Part shown: positions 53,065-62,008 of the stretch, in pieces | Position numbering within the stretch: the stretch's first letter is position 1 | Layout of the letters: every line of letters begins with the position of its first letter | IMG/VR virus record: IMGVR_UViG_3300031902_000003 | Span: 11,824-75,823 of that record | Direction: 5' to 3' (one strand) | Origin: a virus | Taxonomy: Duplodnaviria > Caudoviricetes | DNA length: 64,000 nucleotides | Program-made: the position numbers and the translations under genes | Notes under the pieces: generated by a model | Database searches by the model: none | What the model saw: the letters and a program-made list of their open reading frames with translations, nothing else | What the model was told of the DNA's origin: nothing

Positions 53065-53273
53065 TGTGCTATGATCACAAGTTCGACTTGACGAATTGGT
53101 GTAGCAGAAGAAACTGTAATCATGTTTGTGTTCGATGTCAAGGTCATAAGTCTCATCACCGCTGTGAAACACACATGTGGGAAGATTACTTTAGAAAGAA
53201 GAAGAATGCAAAGAAAAGAAAACTTCGAGTTCAAACGAGAAAGATTGATCCATTTGATCTTCCAGAAATTTAA
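53061..53273 (+). CDS. Cys/His zinc-finger protein
   Basis: CNHVCVRCQGH...HRCETH, similar to the 50958 protein. Confidence 0.55.
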   Translation: MMCYDHKFDLTNWCSRRNCNHVCVRCQGHKSHHRCETHMWEDYFRKKKNAKKRKLRVQTRKIDPFDLPEI

Positions 53274-53298
53274 CATCTTGCTTAATTTGTGATATAAG
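53270..53298 (+). promoter_or_regulatory. Phage promoter, leaderless start at 53305
   Basis: TTAACA-17 bp-TATAAG; ATG 6 nt downstream. Confidence 0.6.
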
Positions 53299-53304
53299 GA
53301 TAAT

Positions 53305-53634
53305 ATGAATCAGTCCAATGATGTGATTGTGTATGTTGATGGAGTCGAGAACCGACCTGCCAACGTTAGAGTTAGACAGGGAGGTATCACGGAGATTCTT
53401 AAGACTCTCGCCAACCATGGCTTCTTTAGTGGTGGAAGTAGTCATGTCATTCGTATGGATGATCAATTGCTTGTTACATTGTGCTTCAATGTCGGTCCTC
53501 ATGACGCTGTTAAGGCAATGGAATTTAGCATCGATCTTCCATTCACTGATTCAGAAAAGAAGTTAGCCCAGAAGGGATCACAAATTGAAGAAGACAATCC
53601 TGTTGTCGCTGCTGATGTTGTTTCAGAGTTGTAG
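53305..53634 (+). CDS. Hypothetical protein
   Basis: ORF behind promoter. Confidence 0.6.
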   Translation: MNQSNDVIVYVDGVENRPANVRVRQGGITEILKTLANHGFFSGGSSHVIRMDDQLLVTLCFNVGPHDAVKAMEFSIDLPFTDSEKKLAQKGSQIEEDNPVVAADVVSEL

Positions 53635-54778
53635 CTGCAAACAGAATGAAGTCGTGCCGGTGGGTGACTGTGATACTCCATGTCACCCGGAGTACATGCT
53701 TTCTTTGAACAGAGGCATTTGTCATGACGGTATTCTTAAGTGTGATGAAGATGGTGGAAGAACGTGTGTTGGATTTGTCGGTCCAGAGAAAGAAACATGC
53801 GACGGACTAGACAATGACTGCGATGGAATGACAGATGAGAGTCTTGTTCAAGATTGCTCAAATTCCTGTGGTACAGGAAAACAAATTTGTCTTAATACAA
53901 CTTGGGGCGGTTGCAGTGCTCCGACTCCAACTGCAGAAGTTTGTAATGGCGTGGACGATGATTGTGATGGTTTGATCGATGAAGCTGAAGATCTTCCCGT
54001 CCAATTTTGTTATACTGGCCCGATTGACACAGTTAGTAAGGGAATCTGCCACCCTGGAACAACTCGGTGTCTCGCCGGTCAGGAAGTTTGTTCGTATCAG
54101 CAAACACCACAACAAGAGACTTGTAATGGTGTAGACGATAACTGCAACGGTCAGATCGATGACGGAGTCCCTGAAAAGCCTCTCGATCTCGTTATGATAA
54201 TCGACAATAGTTGTAGTATGCAGACTTCGATCTATTACGTCCAGATGGCTGTCAGAACATGGGTGATGAAGTATGCTGGAAACACGACAAGAAGATACGC
54301 TCTCGTCACAGCTCCAGATAATGATTGGCAGGCGTGGGGAAGTAATCCAAGATTGTATCAAGACTTTACGAATGCAACAACATTCTCAAATGCTGTTGGC
54401 GCTCAAAATGGAGCTTTGGGATCTGGAGCTGAACCTACTCTCGACGCCCTTGATGACCTGTTAATCGTGACAAATCCGCTCGGTCTTTCATGGAATACAA
54501 GCAGTCAAAGCAAAAGAGCCGTCATTGTATTCAGTGATGAGCAACCACAAAGTACGTGGACTCCAACAGTGACTGTCACACAAATCGTAAATGAATCATT
54601 CGGCAAGAGTACGCCAATCAGTATTTTTACAGATAGACAGTATATGGACGCTGGGGCGGAATGGGATATCATTGCCAACGCTTCAGGCGGAATTCCAGGA
54701 CTTGAAATTCATGTAACACCAGCACAGATTGAGACTCAGCTCGATCTTATTATTCAGGCGGCGGCGTGCGGAAACTAA
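53585..54778 (+). CDS. Predicted lipoprotein with three MopE-type Cys-rich repeats and a C-terminal vWA domain
   Basis: LMLFQS-C; ETCDGLDNDCDG, EVCNGVDDDCDG and ETCNGVDDNCNG; MIDAS DNSCS...T...SDE. Confidence 0.8.
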   Translation: MKKTILLSLLMLFQSCSCKQNEVVPVGDCDTPCHPEYMLSLNRGICHDGILKCDEDGGRTCVGFVGPEKETCDGLDNDCDGMTDESLVQDCSNSCGTGKQICLNTTWGGCSAPTPTAEVCNGVDDDCDGLIDEAEDLPVQFCYTGPIDTVSKGICHPGTTRCLAGQEVCSYQQTPQQETCNGVDDNCNGQIDDGVPEKPLDLVMIIDNSCSMQTSIYYVQMAVRTWVMKYAGNTTRRYALVTAPDNDWQAWGSNPRLYQDFTNATTFSNAVGAQNGALGSGAEPTLDALDDLLIVTNPLGLSWNTSSQSKRAVIVFSDEQPQSTWTPTVTVTQIVNESFGKSTPISIFTDRQYMDAGAEWDIIANASGGIPGLEIHVTPAQIETQLDLIIQAAACGN

Positions 54779-55311
54779 TACTCACAGGTTTATTACTCAC
54801 TAGCTGCGGGGTGGGTCAATTTGCAGTCGAGTGTGATCCAATTGGTACTGGAAAGTGGACGATAAGACAGAACGATGTTACATGTGAAAGAATTCAACAG
54901 GAAGTCAATATAGCTCTTGATATTCTTGAAGAGAGAGGGATAGCAAAAAGAACAGAGTTTGTTAACGCAGTGGTCGAAGTAAAACAAGTCACATGCCTAA
55001 GAATGGCAGTTAAGTCTAGTGATGAAAAAGAATTTGACTGTTTTGACGGAACAGAAGGATTCGGAATGATTGTTTTAGCTTGGGATAGAACTGCTCTTCT
55101 TCACGAACTTATTCATTATAAGCAAGCAGCAGATCTTGACATTTCAACATCTAATCATATCGGATGGAAAGAGAGAGGTTTTTACGAAGCAGATCATGAA
55201 TATGAACACCAAATTTATCTCTTGTGGTATAATGAAGGTGTAAGCCCAGTCATGGAAGATGGAACAAGATACTACTACAATCCGGATGGCGGATCGTTAG
55301 GAATTCACTAA
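54766..55311 (+). CDS. Predicted lipoprotein, HExxH metallopeptidase family member 3
   Basis: LLTS-C; HELIH...NHIGWKERGFY. Confidence 0.7.
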   Translation: MRKLILTGLLLTSCGVGQFAVECDPIGTGKWTIRQNDVTCERIQQEVNIALDILEERGIAKRTEFVNAVVEVKQVTCLRMAVKSSDEKEFDCFDGTEGFGMIVLAWDRTALLHELIHYKQAADLDISTSNHIGWKERGFYEADHEYEHQIYLLWYNEGVSPVMEDGTRYYYNPDGGSLGIH

Positions 55312-55312
55312 A

Positions 55313-55846
55313 ATGAGATACACTATAATCATTGCTTTACTTTTAAGTTGTGGTCCTCAAAATAATCTCCAGACATGTGATCCGATTGGAATGTCAACTT
55401 GGACAATCGGTCAAAATGATCTTACATGTGAAAGAGTTCAATTTGAGGTGAATCTTGCTCTGGACATTCTTGAAAGAAGAAAGTTGGCAACAAAAACAGA
55501 GTTTGTAAACGCCACTGTTGACACTCACAGAATAAATTGTTTGAGATTGCATGATGAAGATACAGAAGGCTATTGTTACCTTGGAACGGAAGGTGGAAGA
55601 CACATCAGGCTGAACTGGATGAGATCTGCTCTTCTTCATGAAATGCTTCATTATAAGCAAGAGATTAATTTCACAACTCCATCAGAGATGCACGCTGGTT
55701 GGGATTCGAATGGTTACAATGAAGCAGATAGAGAATATTATCTTTCATTGTTCCAAACCTGGTACGACGAGGGACAAAGTCCTATCATGGAAGATGGAAA
55801 GAGATTATATTATGAAGCAGATGGTGGATATATCGGAACTCACTAA
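55313..55846 (+). CDS. Predicted lipoprotein, HExxH metallopeptidase family member 4 (tandem paralog of member 3)
   Basis: LLLS-C; HEMLH...MHAGWDSNGY; colinear with 54766 over its full length. Confidence 0.7.
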   Translation: MRYTIIIALLLSCGPQNNLQTCDPIGMSTWTIGQNDLTCERVQFEVNLALDILERRKLATKTEFVNATVDTHRINCLRLHDEDTEGYCYLGTEGGRHIRLNWMRSALLHEMLHYKQEINFTTPSEMHAGWDSNGYNEADREYYLSLFQTWYDEGQSPIMEDGKRLYYEADGGYIGTH

Positions 55847-55857
55847 GGAGAAACAAA

Positions 55858-56103
55858 ATGGCTAAGAAAAAGAAGGTTGTTAAGAAGGCTAAGAAGGTTC
55901 AGGAAGAAATGATGTTGCAGCTCGATGGTAAGGTGTACTTTATCGTCTACAAGAATGGCAAGGTTTCAGAACAGACGGAGATTGATGGAAAGATTGTTCT
56001 TCAGCTTCTTCTTAAGGCAATCGAAGAAGGAATTGATCTACTCGTCAACAAGCATGAGCTTGGAAAGCAGCTTGAACTTCCTTTGGATGAGGAAGAAGAG
56101 TAA
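55858..56103 (+). CDS. Hypothetical protein, Lys-rich N-terminus
   Basis: SD AAGGAG. Confidence 0.65.
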   Translation: MAKKKKVVKKAKKVQEEMMLQLDGKVYFIVYKNGKVSEQTEIDGKIVLQLLLKAIEEGIDLLVNKHELGKQLELPLDEEEE

Positions 56104-56316
56104 ATGGTTATGCCTTTCAATGCCGAAGAGCTTAAGGCTAAGTTGATTGAAGAAGCTCTTCAGTTATGCAAAGAATTCATGGAGATTCATCCATACGAAT
56201 GTTTTTGCGGAACTGGCATTACAACTCCTACAAATTGCACCTGGCATCTTGCATTCGGTAAAGCAGAAGATGCCTTGAGAAAGCTTGGGTACACTTTTAA
56301 ATGGGACAAGAAATGA
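56104..56316 (+). CDS. Hypothetical protein
   Basis: HPYECFC...C motif. Confidence 0.55.
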   Translation: MVMPFNAEELKAKLIEEALQLCKEFMEIHPYECFCGTGITTPTNCTWHLAFGKAEDALRKLGYTFKWDKK

Positions 56317-56729
56317 CTTTGGATGAATATCAAGAAGCAGCTCTGCGCACGTCTCCGAGAGATCAGAGAGCATATAAGATTCCAGAAACTATCTCGGATG
56401 CTCTTCATGATTTTGTTGGTGACGGAGATGGAGCCGATAAGAAAGTTCTAGAGCCACTACTTGATGTGTATGATCAAATGGTTTGGTCTTTAGGGCTTTC
56501 CGGCGAAGCTGGTGAATTTGCAGATCTAATGAAGAAGGCTCATGGTCATGGGCATGAGTTGGATAAGAATAAGGCGGCTAAAGAACTCGGCGATGTATTG
56601 TGGTATGTTTCAGTGCTAGCCAAGTCTTTGGGGTTTACTCTCTCAGAAATTGCAACAATGAATGTAGTAAAGCTCATGAATAGATATCCGAACGGTTTTA
56701 CCGTTGAAGACTCTAAGAGGCATGTATGA
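56313..56729 (+). CDS. mazG: MazG-like nucleoside triphosphate pyrophosphohydrolase
   Basis: YQEAALRT, LGLSGEAGEFADLMKK, KELGDVLWYV and KLMNRYPNGF. Confidence 0.9.
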   Translation: MTLDEYQEAALRTSPRDQRAYKIPETISDALHDFVGDGDGADKKVLEPLLDVYDQMVWSLGLSGEAGEFADLMKKAHGHGHELDKNKAAKELGDVLWYVSVLAKSLGFTLSEIATMNVVKLMNRYPNGFTVEDSKRHV

Positions 56730-57103
56730 CTACAGAATTGAAGACAATGAAGGGAGATAAGGACAGCCGCTTGAATCTCCTCGAAGGTCTCAGCAGGGAT
56801 CAATTGGTTGACTTGGTATTGGCTCATGGCCTTTGTTATGAACACCTCGAGACAAAGGTATTGGGGATGGGATATTATGCAAATTGTCTTCACTGTGCAT
56901 GTGTAGAACATGACCATGCTTTATCGGAGATAGATCTTCTAATTCTAAATCCAGAACCAGACGAGTATGGTAACACTGCTTCTATTTATGATTGTGATTA
57001 CTATCCAGAAGGCGTCGTTAAGAGAGTTGAGACATTTGTCAAAGATTCACGTCTCATGTTTGAATCATTTAGAGATAGCCTGAAGGACCAGAAAGACATG
57101 TAA
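56726..57103 (+). CDS. Hypothetical protein
   Basis: ATGA overlap. Confidence 0.6.
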   Translation: MTTELKTMKGDKDSRLNLLEGLSRDQLVDLVLAHGLCYEHLETKVLGMGYYANCLHCACVEHDHALSEIDLLILNPEPDEYGNTASIYDCDYYPEGVVKRVETFVKDSRLMFESFRDSLKDQKDM

Positions 57104-57207
57104 AATGATGACATCTGAAAGAAGACTTCTGTCTAAAGAACGTCTTCTGGAAGATGTCATCTAATTCATCGATAATACTTCAGAGTACTACTTACAAAAG
57201 AGAGACT

Positions 57208-57363
57208 ATGAGCGAAGACAAGGAAAAGAAGGGGTTGCCTCCAATCTTTAAGAAGAGAGTAGAAAAGCCTAAAGAAGAAGAGCCTAAGACCGATTGGGAA
57301 AATGACGAACAATACTTATTCGATTTCGATAACACAATTTATGACGATCCACACACAGATTAA
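57208..57363 (+). CDS. Small charged protein
   Basis: Start adjusted to ATG 57208. Confidence 0.5.
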   Translation: MSEDKEKKGLPPIFKKRVEKPKEEEPKTDWENDEQYLFDFDNTIYDDPHTD

Positions 57364-57409
57364 ACAAAGTGTTTCAATCTAGTGATTTTTGTGTTATAAT
57401 AGGAGTACC

Positions 57410-57634
57410 ATGAACTTGTCAACTACTAAATTGAGTGGATCCGCTTCAGATGATAATCTCGCAGTGGCAGTTGAGGACGGGAATGATATTCTAAGAGAAT
57501 GTGCTGGAGGTTGTGGTAAGAAGATTCTCTTCTTCGGTTTTCCAGATGAAAATGACTGGGGTGAAAATTTGGATGGCGCCCTTTGTTTGGAGTGTAAGTC
57601 AAATCCATTGAAGCATACACCATATCAAGATTAG
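57410..57634 (+). CDS. Zinc-finger protein
   Basis: CAGGC...CLEC; follows TGT-TATAAT (57395) and AGGAG. Confidence 0.6.
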   Translation: MNLSTTKLSGSASDDNLAVAVEDGNDILRECAGGCGKKILFFGFPDENDWGENLDGALCLECKSNPLKHTPYQD

Positions 57635-57644
57635 TGAGGATAAT

Positions 57645-57971
57645 GTGAGTCAAGAAGAAAAGATGGAACCTGTCAAGAAGGAATTTAAGATTGACATGGT
57701 CGTTAATACAGTTTTTACACTTATTTTTATCGCAGGTCTTGTTTTGTCATTGACATTGCTTAATAGCCTGTTCGGTGTTCTTCTTTGCTCATTTGGCATT
57801 GGATCTATGATCAGAGCCATCATTGATCGAATCGAACTTAACAAGTGGATTGAATTGGCCAATTACCAGAACGATATTCTCGTTTCCATGGTTAATGTAG
57901 CAAACTCAGAGATTACGAAGTCTCTCGCAGCCCAGGGTCAAACTGAAAGGACACCGAACGATTATGTCTGA
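57645..57971 (+). CDS. Membrane protein (2 TM)
   Basis: Two hydrophobic helices. Confidence 0.65.
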   Translation: MSQEEKMEPVKKEFKIDMVVNTVFTLIFIAGLVLSLTLLNSLFGVLLCSFGIGSMIRAIIDRIELNKWIELANYQNDILVSMVNVANSEITKSLAAQGQTERTPNDYV

Positions 57972-58182
57972 TGAATATGATGAAAGTGATGCGAACACTG
58001 CATTGGCATATATGAAGGCCCAATGTCAGGTTAATGGAGTTTCAGCTATCAAGGTCGAAGACGGTGAGATGTTCATGTTCTCTCGACAGCTTGTGGATCA
58101 GCTTATTGAAAAGTTAGATTCTACAGGTCAGGAAAACATCATTGTCTTTGTGAAGAGTGGTGGACAGCTTCAGAAAGTCTAA
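57964..58182 (+). CDS. Hypothetical protein
   Basis: Operon ORF. Confidence 0.6.
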   Translation: MSDEYDESDANTALAYMKAQCQVNGVSAIKVEDGEMFMFSRQLVDQLIEKLDSTGQENIIVFVKSGGQLQKV

Positions 58183-58183
58183 T

Positions 58184-58510
58184 ATGTCCCGACTAAAGAT
58201 TATCGACGTTACTGGATCTGTTGATAGTAAGCCTGCATCTCAAGAAAAGCTTCCTGAAGAGTTCGGCAAGAATCTCGGTACTATTGCTCGAGCTCGTCAG
58301 TGGCTTACAAGTCCTCACAACTGGTTTGAGGGTCAGGTATACATTGTCAAGTGGAATGGTCTTATCCCGACTGTCTGTTCTGCGCACGGTAGAAGACTGC
58401 TTGAAGAACCGTGGGATAATGATTTGCCCGGCGTTGTTGTAAGAGAACAGAATAGACTCAAGGCAGGCGGAAAGCAAGATAAGTTTGAAGATCTGGTGGA
58501 ACGTGATTAA
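58184..58510 (+). CDS. Hypothetical protein
   Basis: Start adjusted to ATG 58184. Confidence 0.6.
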   Translation: MSRLKIIDVTGSVDSKPASQEKLPEEFGKNLGTIARARQWLTSPHNWFEGQVYIVKWNGLIPTVCSAHGRRLLEEPWDNDLPGVVVREQNRLKAGGKQDKFEDLVERD

Positions 58511-58766
58511 GAAAATCTTTAACATGTTCCACAAGGAAAAAGTCGAGCAAGATCCATTTGAGATAGAATCTATCATTGCTGAACGGGATTCGTTAAGAAT
58601 TGAGTTGGAGAATTTGCTACAGGTGCATGAAGATCTTAGACTTGCCTCAATTAAACTTATAGCAACTCAGAGAGATCTCATAGCATTCGTGGAAACATTG
58701 AAGGAAGAGAATGAGATTCTCAAAGTTGCCACTATGACACAGTCACTAGGAAAGGGCATACAGTGA
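58485..58766 (+). CDS. Coiled-coil protein
   Basis: Heptad-rich; start uncertain. Confidence 0.55.
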   Translation: MKIWWNVIKKIFNMFHKEKVEQDPFEIESIIAERDSLRIELENLLQVHEDLRLASIKLIATQRDLIAFVETLKEENEILKVATMTQSLGKGIQ

Positions 58767-59020
58767 GTGCAGATGTGTGGCTTAAGGATTTTAGTGAGTT
58801 CGTAAACAACAAATCAAAGAAGTTAGCCCAGAGTGAACTTGAGAAAGGCGAGATGGAAGCTGCCATCATGCTTATTGGATCCAAGATTCTTACTCTCTTC
58901 CCAGATGATGTAAGAGACAACGATCAGGTTCCAGATGTCGTAATTAGACTATTGGAAGAACTAGCTAGTCTTAGAATGATTGTGAAGGAACAAAATAATG
59001 AGCAATTGCCTAAGTTGTGA
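58763..59020 (+). CDS. Hypothetical protein
   Basis: GTGA overlap. Confidence 0.6.
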   Translation: MSADVWLKDFSEFVNNKSKKLAQSELEKGEMEAAIMLIGSKILTLFPDDVRDNDQVPDVVIRLLEELASLRMIVKEQNNEQLPKL

Positions 59021-59477
59021 TAGTAGTCTTAATTCAAGCTTTGAAGAGAGAAATAACTACTGCGTTCTCTGTATTGAGGGAAAGCTAAAACTTTTAGAGT
59101 CTCACGTTCAAGAGATTCAATTTCTAGTTAATGAAAATAAGAAGATAAAAGAAGACTCAAAGCTGAAAGACGAAAAGGTCACCGAGATCACAAGATTGCT
59201 TCAGGCTGAGACTCAAGGCATTGAATCTGCTCGTGTTGGTCTTTCCGATGAACATAATCCTTTTACTCCTGGAAACCAGGATCATGTTATGTGGTTGAGT
59301 GGCTGGCAATCTGTCGATACTCGTAGAAGGACTGAGCAGTCTATCGCTGTTCTTAGATGGTCAACTCAGATGCTAGATAGCGTCAGGGAATTGGCTCTAG
59401 GCTATGATAAGACAGAAATTGCGGACAAGGTTCAAACAGTTCTTGAAAAGTTGAGAAACTTCCTGGATAAGAAATGA
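58998..59477 (+). CDS. Hypothetical protein (CxxC-CxxC plus coiled-coil)
   Basis: CLSC...CVLC; HNPF..G...WLSGW resembles an Rmf-like motif. Confidence 0.6.
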   Translation: MSNCLSCDSSLNSSFEERNNYCVLCIEGKLKLLESHVQEIQFLVNENKKIKEDSKLKDEKVTEITRLLQAETQGIESARVGLSDEHNPFTPGNQDHVMWLSGWQSVDTRRRTEQSIAVLRWSTQMLDSVRELALGYDKTEIADKVQTVLEKLRNFLDKK

Positions 59478-59971
59478 AAATTTTAAAGTATCCAAATAGG
59501 AGTCTTACAACACCGACCATTGAGATTGACTTTAATGATCTTGGAGATAGTGATGTTCCTTCATTGGTAGAAACAATGAAACTCATGCTTGCCGAACAGC
59601 ATAACGGTTTAGCATTGGCAGCTAATCAGGTTGGTTTGCCGTGGAAGCTTTTTGTGGTCAGAAGTGATTTTGCCGCAGCTAATAATATAGCTAATGTGAT
59701 CGTCAATCCGAAGTATGTCGGGATCGAAGATGAAGTTGCAGATAGAGAAGGATGCTTATCATTTCCAGGAGTAAACCTCCTAATTTCAAGATATGCAGCT
59801 ATAGCCTGTTCATATTTTAATATGCAAGGAGAACAGTTCTCTTGCCAGTTGAATGGTCTTGTTGCAAGAATGTTCCAACACGAATGTGAACATTTAGAAG
59901 GTAAGCTTTTCACAGATAACGTAGATCGAATAACTCGTTACCAGGTATATGGTGTTATGAGGAAAAGATAA
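59474..59971 (+). CDS. def: Peptide deformylase
   Basis: GLALAANQVG, EGCLS and QHECEHLEG. Confidence 0.93.
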   Translation: MKILKYPNRSLTTPTIEIDFNDLGDSDVPSLVETMKLMLAEQHNGLALAANQVGLPWKLFVVRSDFAAANNIANVIVNPKYVGIEDEVADREGCLSFPGVNLLISRYAAIACSYFNMQGEQFSCQLNGLVARMFQHECEHLEGKLFTDNVDRITRYQVYGVMRKR

Positions 59972-59972
59972 T

Positions 59973-60479
59973 ATGGAATGGAAAAAGATCATAACAAACA
60001 AGGGTTGGAGAGTATATCCACTTATCATAGAAAAGCAATATCTAAAAAAGATATCAAGTGGAAGAACTGTTCCGGAATCTGCTCACAAGGTAGTTGTGGA
60101 TTTCGCTGGTATGGTAATGGCAGACAGAACATATCAGACTCTAAATCTATGCGAATTGAGTATTAGGATACCGTCACAAGATTTTGAAGAAATGTATCTA
60201 CAACTCAAAAACTGCAAGCCAGAAATTTTGACAGATGATGTTGAAGTCTTTAAGATTAGGGGATGGCTGGCTGGAGTTGTCATGACAAGAGATATGAGGG
60301 TTGTCATGATGAGAACGATGGAAGAAGTGATGCCGAGTATTAAGAAGATTGCACAAAATGAAAATGATGAATTTGTTCGAAGGATGAATCAGATTTCTAA
60401 GAATTCTGGCAATACTGTTGTCTCTAGACGTGCCAAGGAACTTGAGAAGAACAGTGGTGATAAGGTGAAGCCTAACTAA
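59973..60479 (+). CDS. Hypothetical protein
   Basis: Operon ORF. Confidence 0.6.
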   Translation: MEWKKIITNKGWRVYPLIIEKQYLKKISSGRTVPESAHKVVVDFAGMVMADRTYQTLNLCELSIRIPSQDFEEMYLQLKNCKPEILTDDVEVFKIRGWLAGVVMTRDMRVVMMRTMEEVMPSIKKIAQNENDEFVRRMNQISKNSGNTVVSRRAKELEKNSGDKVKPN

Positions 60480-60625
60480 GGTTCTATTATATATCATGAT
60501 CTCCTCGGTGACCTCTACTCACACTCAAATATAAAAGATGGCATAATCCACCACCATTATAATAAACACCTCTGAGTTGTTCGAGTGAAGGGTAAAATCT
60601 TGGATATCCTATACATACTAAAAGG

Positions 60626-60961
60626 ATGTCAAAGTCTAAGAAGAAAGGTTCAGAAAAGAGTTTCTCTGTAAGTCTAAGCCAGAAAGAAATGGTTAGAATT
60701 TACGGAAAGATTCATTCTCTTCTAGCGAAGAGGCTTCGTGATGCTAAGAAGCAAAATGACATCTTTAAAGGAAGAGATAAAAAGCTGAAGAGAAAGTATG
60801 CTGATTCCGCAAAGGAACTTTATGCTTATGTTAGGCTCATGGAACTCTGCCAGAACTTGTCTAAGGATTCTAGTGAAATGAGAGATATTTTAGAGACTCT
60901 AAGCAAGAATACACTTCTGTATGCCACACATGAAGGTGAGCATGTGGGAAAGCCTAATTAG
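60626..60961 (+). CDS. Hypothetical basic protein
   Basis: SD-like AAAGG; Lys-rich. Confidence 0.6.
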   Translation: MSKSKKKGSEKSFSVSLSQKEMVRIYGKIHSLLAKRLRDAKKQNDIFKGRDKKLKRKYADSAKELYAYVRLMELCQNLSKDSSEMRDILETLSKNTLLYATHEGEHVGKPN

Positions 60962-60965
60962 GGTT

Positions 60966-61448
60966 ATGAAACCACAACTAAGAGTAGGTATAGTCGGTAG
61001 TAGACGTAGGTGCAGTTTAACCGACAGAAAGATTGTATTTAATCTTGTAGAAAAGATCGTAGTTAACAATCCTCATAGAGATGTTGTCATTGTATCTGGA
61101 GCCTGTAGATTAGGAGCAGATAATTTTGCAGCAGAGGCTTCTAGGATCTATAAGTTGAAGCTTGTAGAGTATCCTGTTGTTCCTGGGACATATGGAGAAA
61201 GATGGGAATTCGCTAAAGCTGCTTTCGCTAGAAATAAGAGTATAGCTGAGAATTCTGATGTTGGATTTGCTCTCGTGCATCAAGATAGAAAAGGTGGTAC
61301 TGAAAATACCATACATCATTACCACGATCTAAAAAAGAAAATTTATCTTGTCGATGAATCCGGAAGAACATACTTATCCTCAATAGAGGAGAAGAACTTT
61401 TCAGATGTCACGCAAGACCCCGACAAGGATAGAAATTCATCGACTTAA
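60966..61448 (+). CDS. SLOG / DprA-Smf Rossmann-like protein
   Basis: VGIVGSRR, IVSGAC..GADNFA, ARNKSIAENSD and GGTENTI. Confidence 0.75.
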   Translation: MKPQLRVGIVGSRRRCSLTDRKIVFNLVEKIVVNNPHRDVVIVSGACRLGADNFAAEASRIYKLKLVEYPVVPGTYGERWEFAKAAFARNKSIAENSDVGFALVHQDRKGGTENTIHHYHDLKKKIYLVDESGRTYLSSIEEKNFSDVTQDPDKDRNSST

Positions 61449-61758
61449 ACGGCACCTAAATGGCCCTAAGTCTGAGCTTATCCCTTTTCATGATTTAGAT
61501 GATAAAGAAAGAGTTATAGTCTCTGAATCTATTTTTAGTAAAATTTATACCTCTAAAAAAGATCCATATGAAGCATATGCTGAAGTATTAGATGATTGGG
61601 GAATTATCTGCCCACATCCGCAGCATATGAAATTATACTCAGGTACAGTAGCTTCTTTATTTCCTCTATTCCCACATAAGTGGTATAAATGCCAAGTTTG
61701 TGACTGTCTATGCATCAATGAAGATTTTCACGAAGAATCTGTCAAGATGGCAAAATAA
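61405..61758 (+). CDS. Hypothetical protein
   Basis: CPHP...CQVC. Confidence 0.55.
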   Translation: MSRKTPTRIEIHRLKRHLNGPKSELIPFHDLDDKERVIVSESIFSKIYTSKKDPYEAYAEVLDDWGIICPHPQHMKLYSGTVASLFPLFPHKWYKCQVCDCLCINEDFHEESVKMAK

Positions 61759-61770
61759 TCACAAAAGTGT

Positions 61771-61799
61771 GTACCTCTGAAAAATCTTGTGATATTATT
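61771..61799 (+). promoter_or_regulatory. Promoter upstream of the RNA cluster
   Basis: TGTACC-17 bp-TATTAT. Confidence 0.6.
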
Positions 61800-61955
61800 T
61801 AGTCATAATCGAAAGTTAGAACATATATAACTTTTAGGAGAATGGTTGTGCTAAATCAACGCGCCCAAAAATTTGAAGCGTATAACTGCGTGGCAGAACA
61901 GGATAGTATTGCATCCTTGTCAACACGCGGTAATAAGCTTCCAGGACGCCATATA

Positions 61956-62008
61956 GGATTTACCAGCACTTCCTATCTCTGGTAAATCCCAAAACATAAA
62001 GATAGGAA
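61956..62008 (+). ncRNA. H-type pseudoknot upstream of tRNA-Gln
   Basis: S1 GGATTTACCAG/CTGGTAAATCC (11 bp); S2 TTCCTATCT/AGATAGGAA (9 bp); L1 CAC; L3 CAAAACATAA. Confidence 0.65.
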
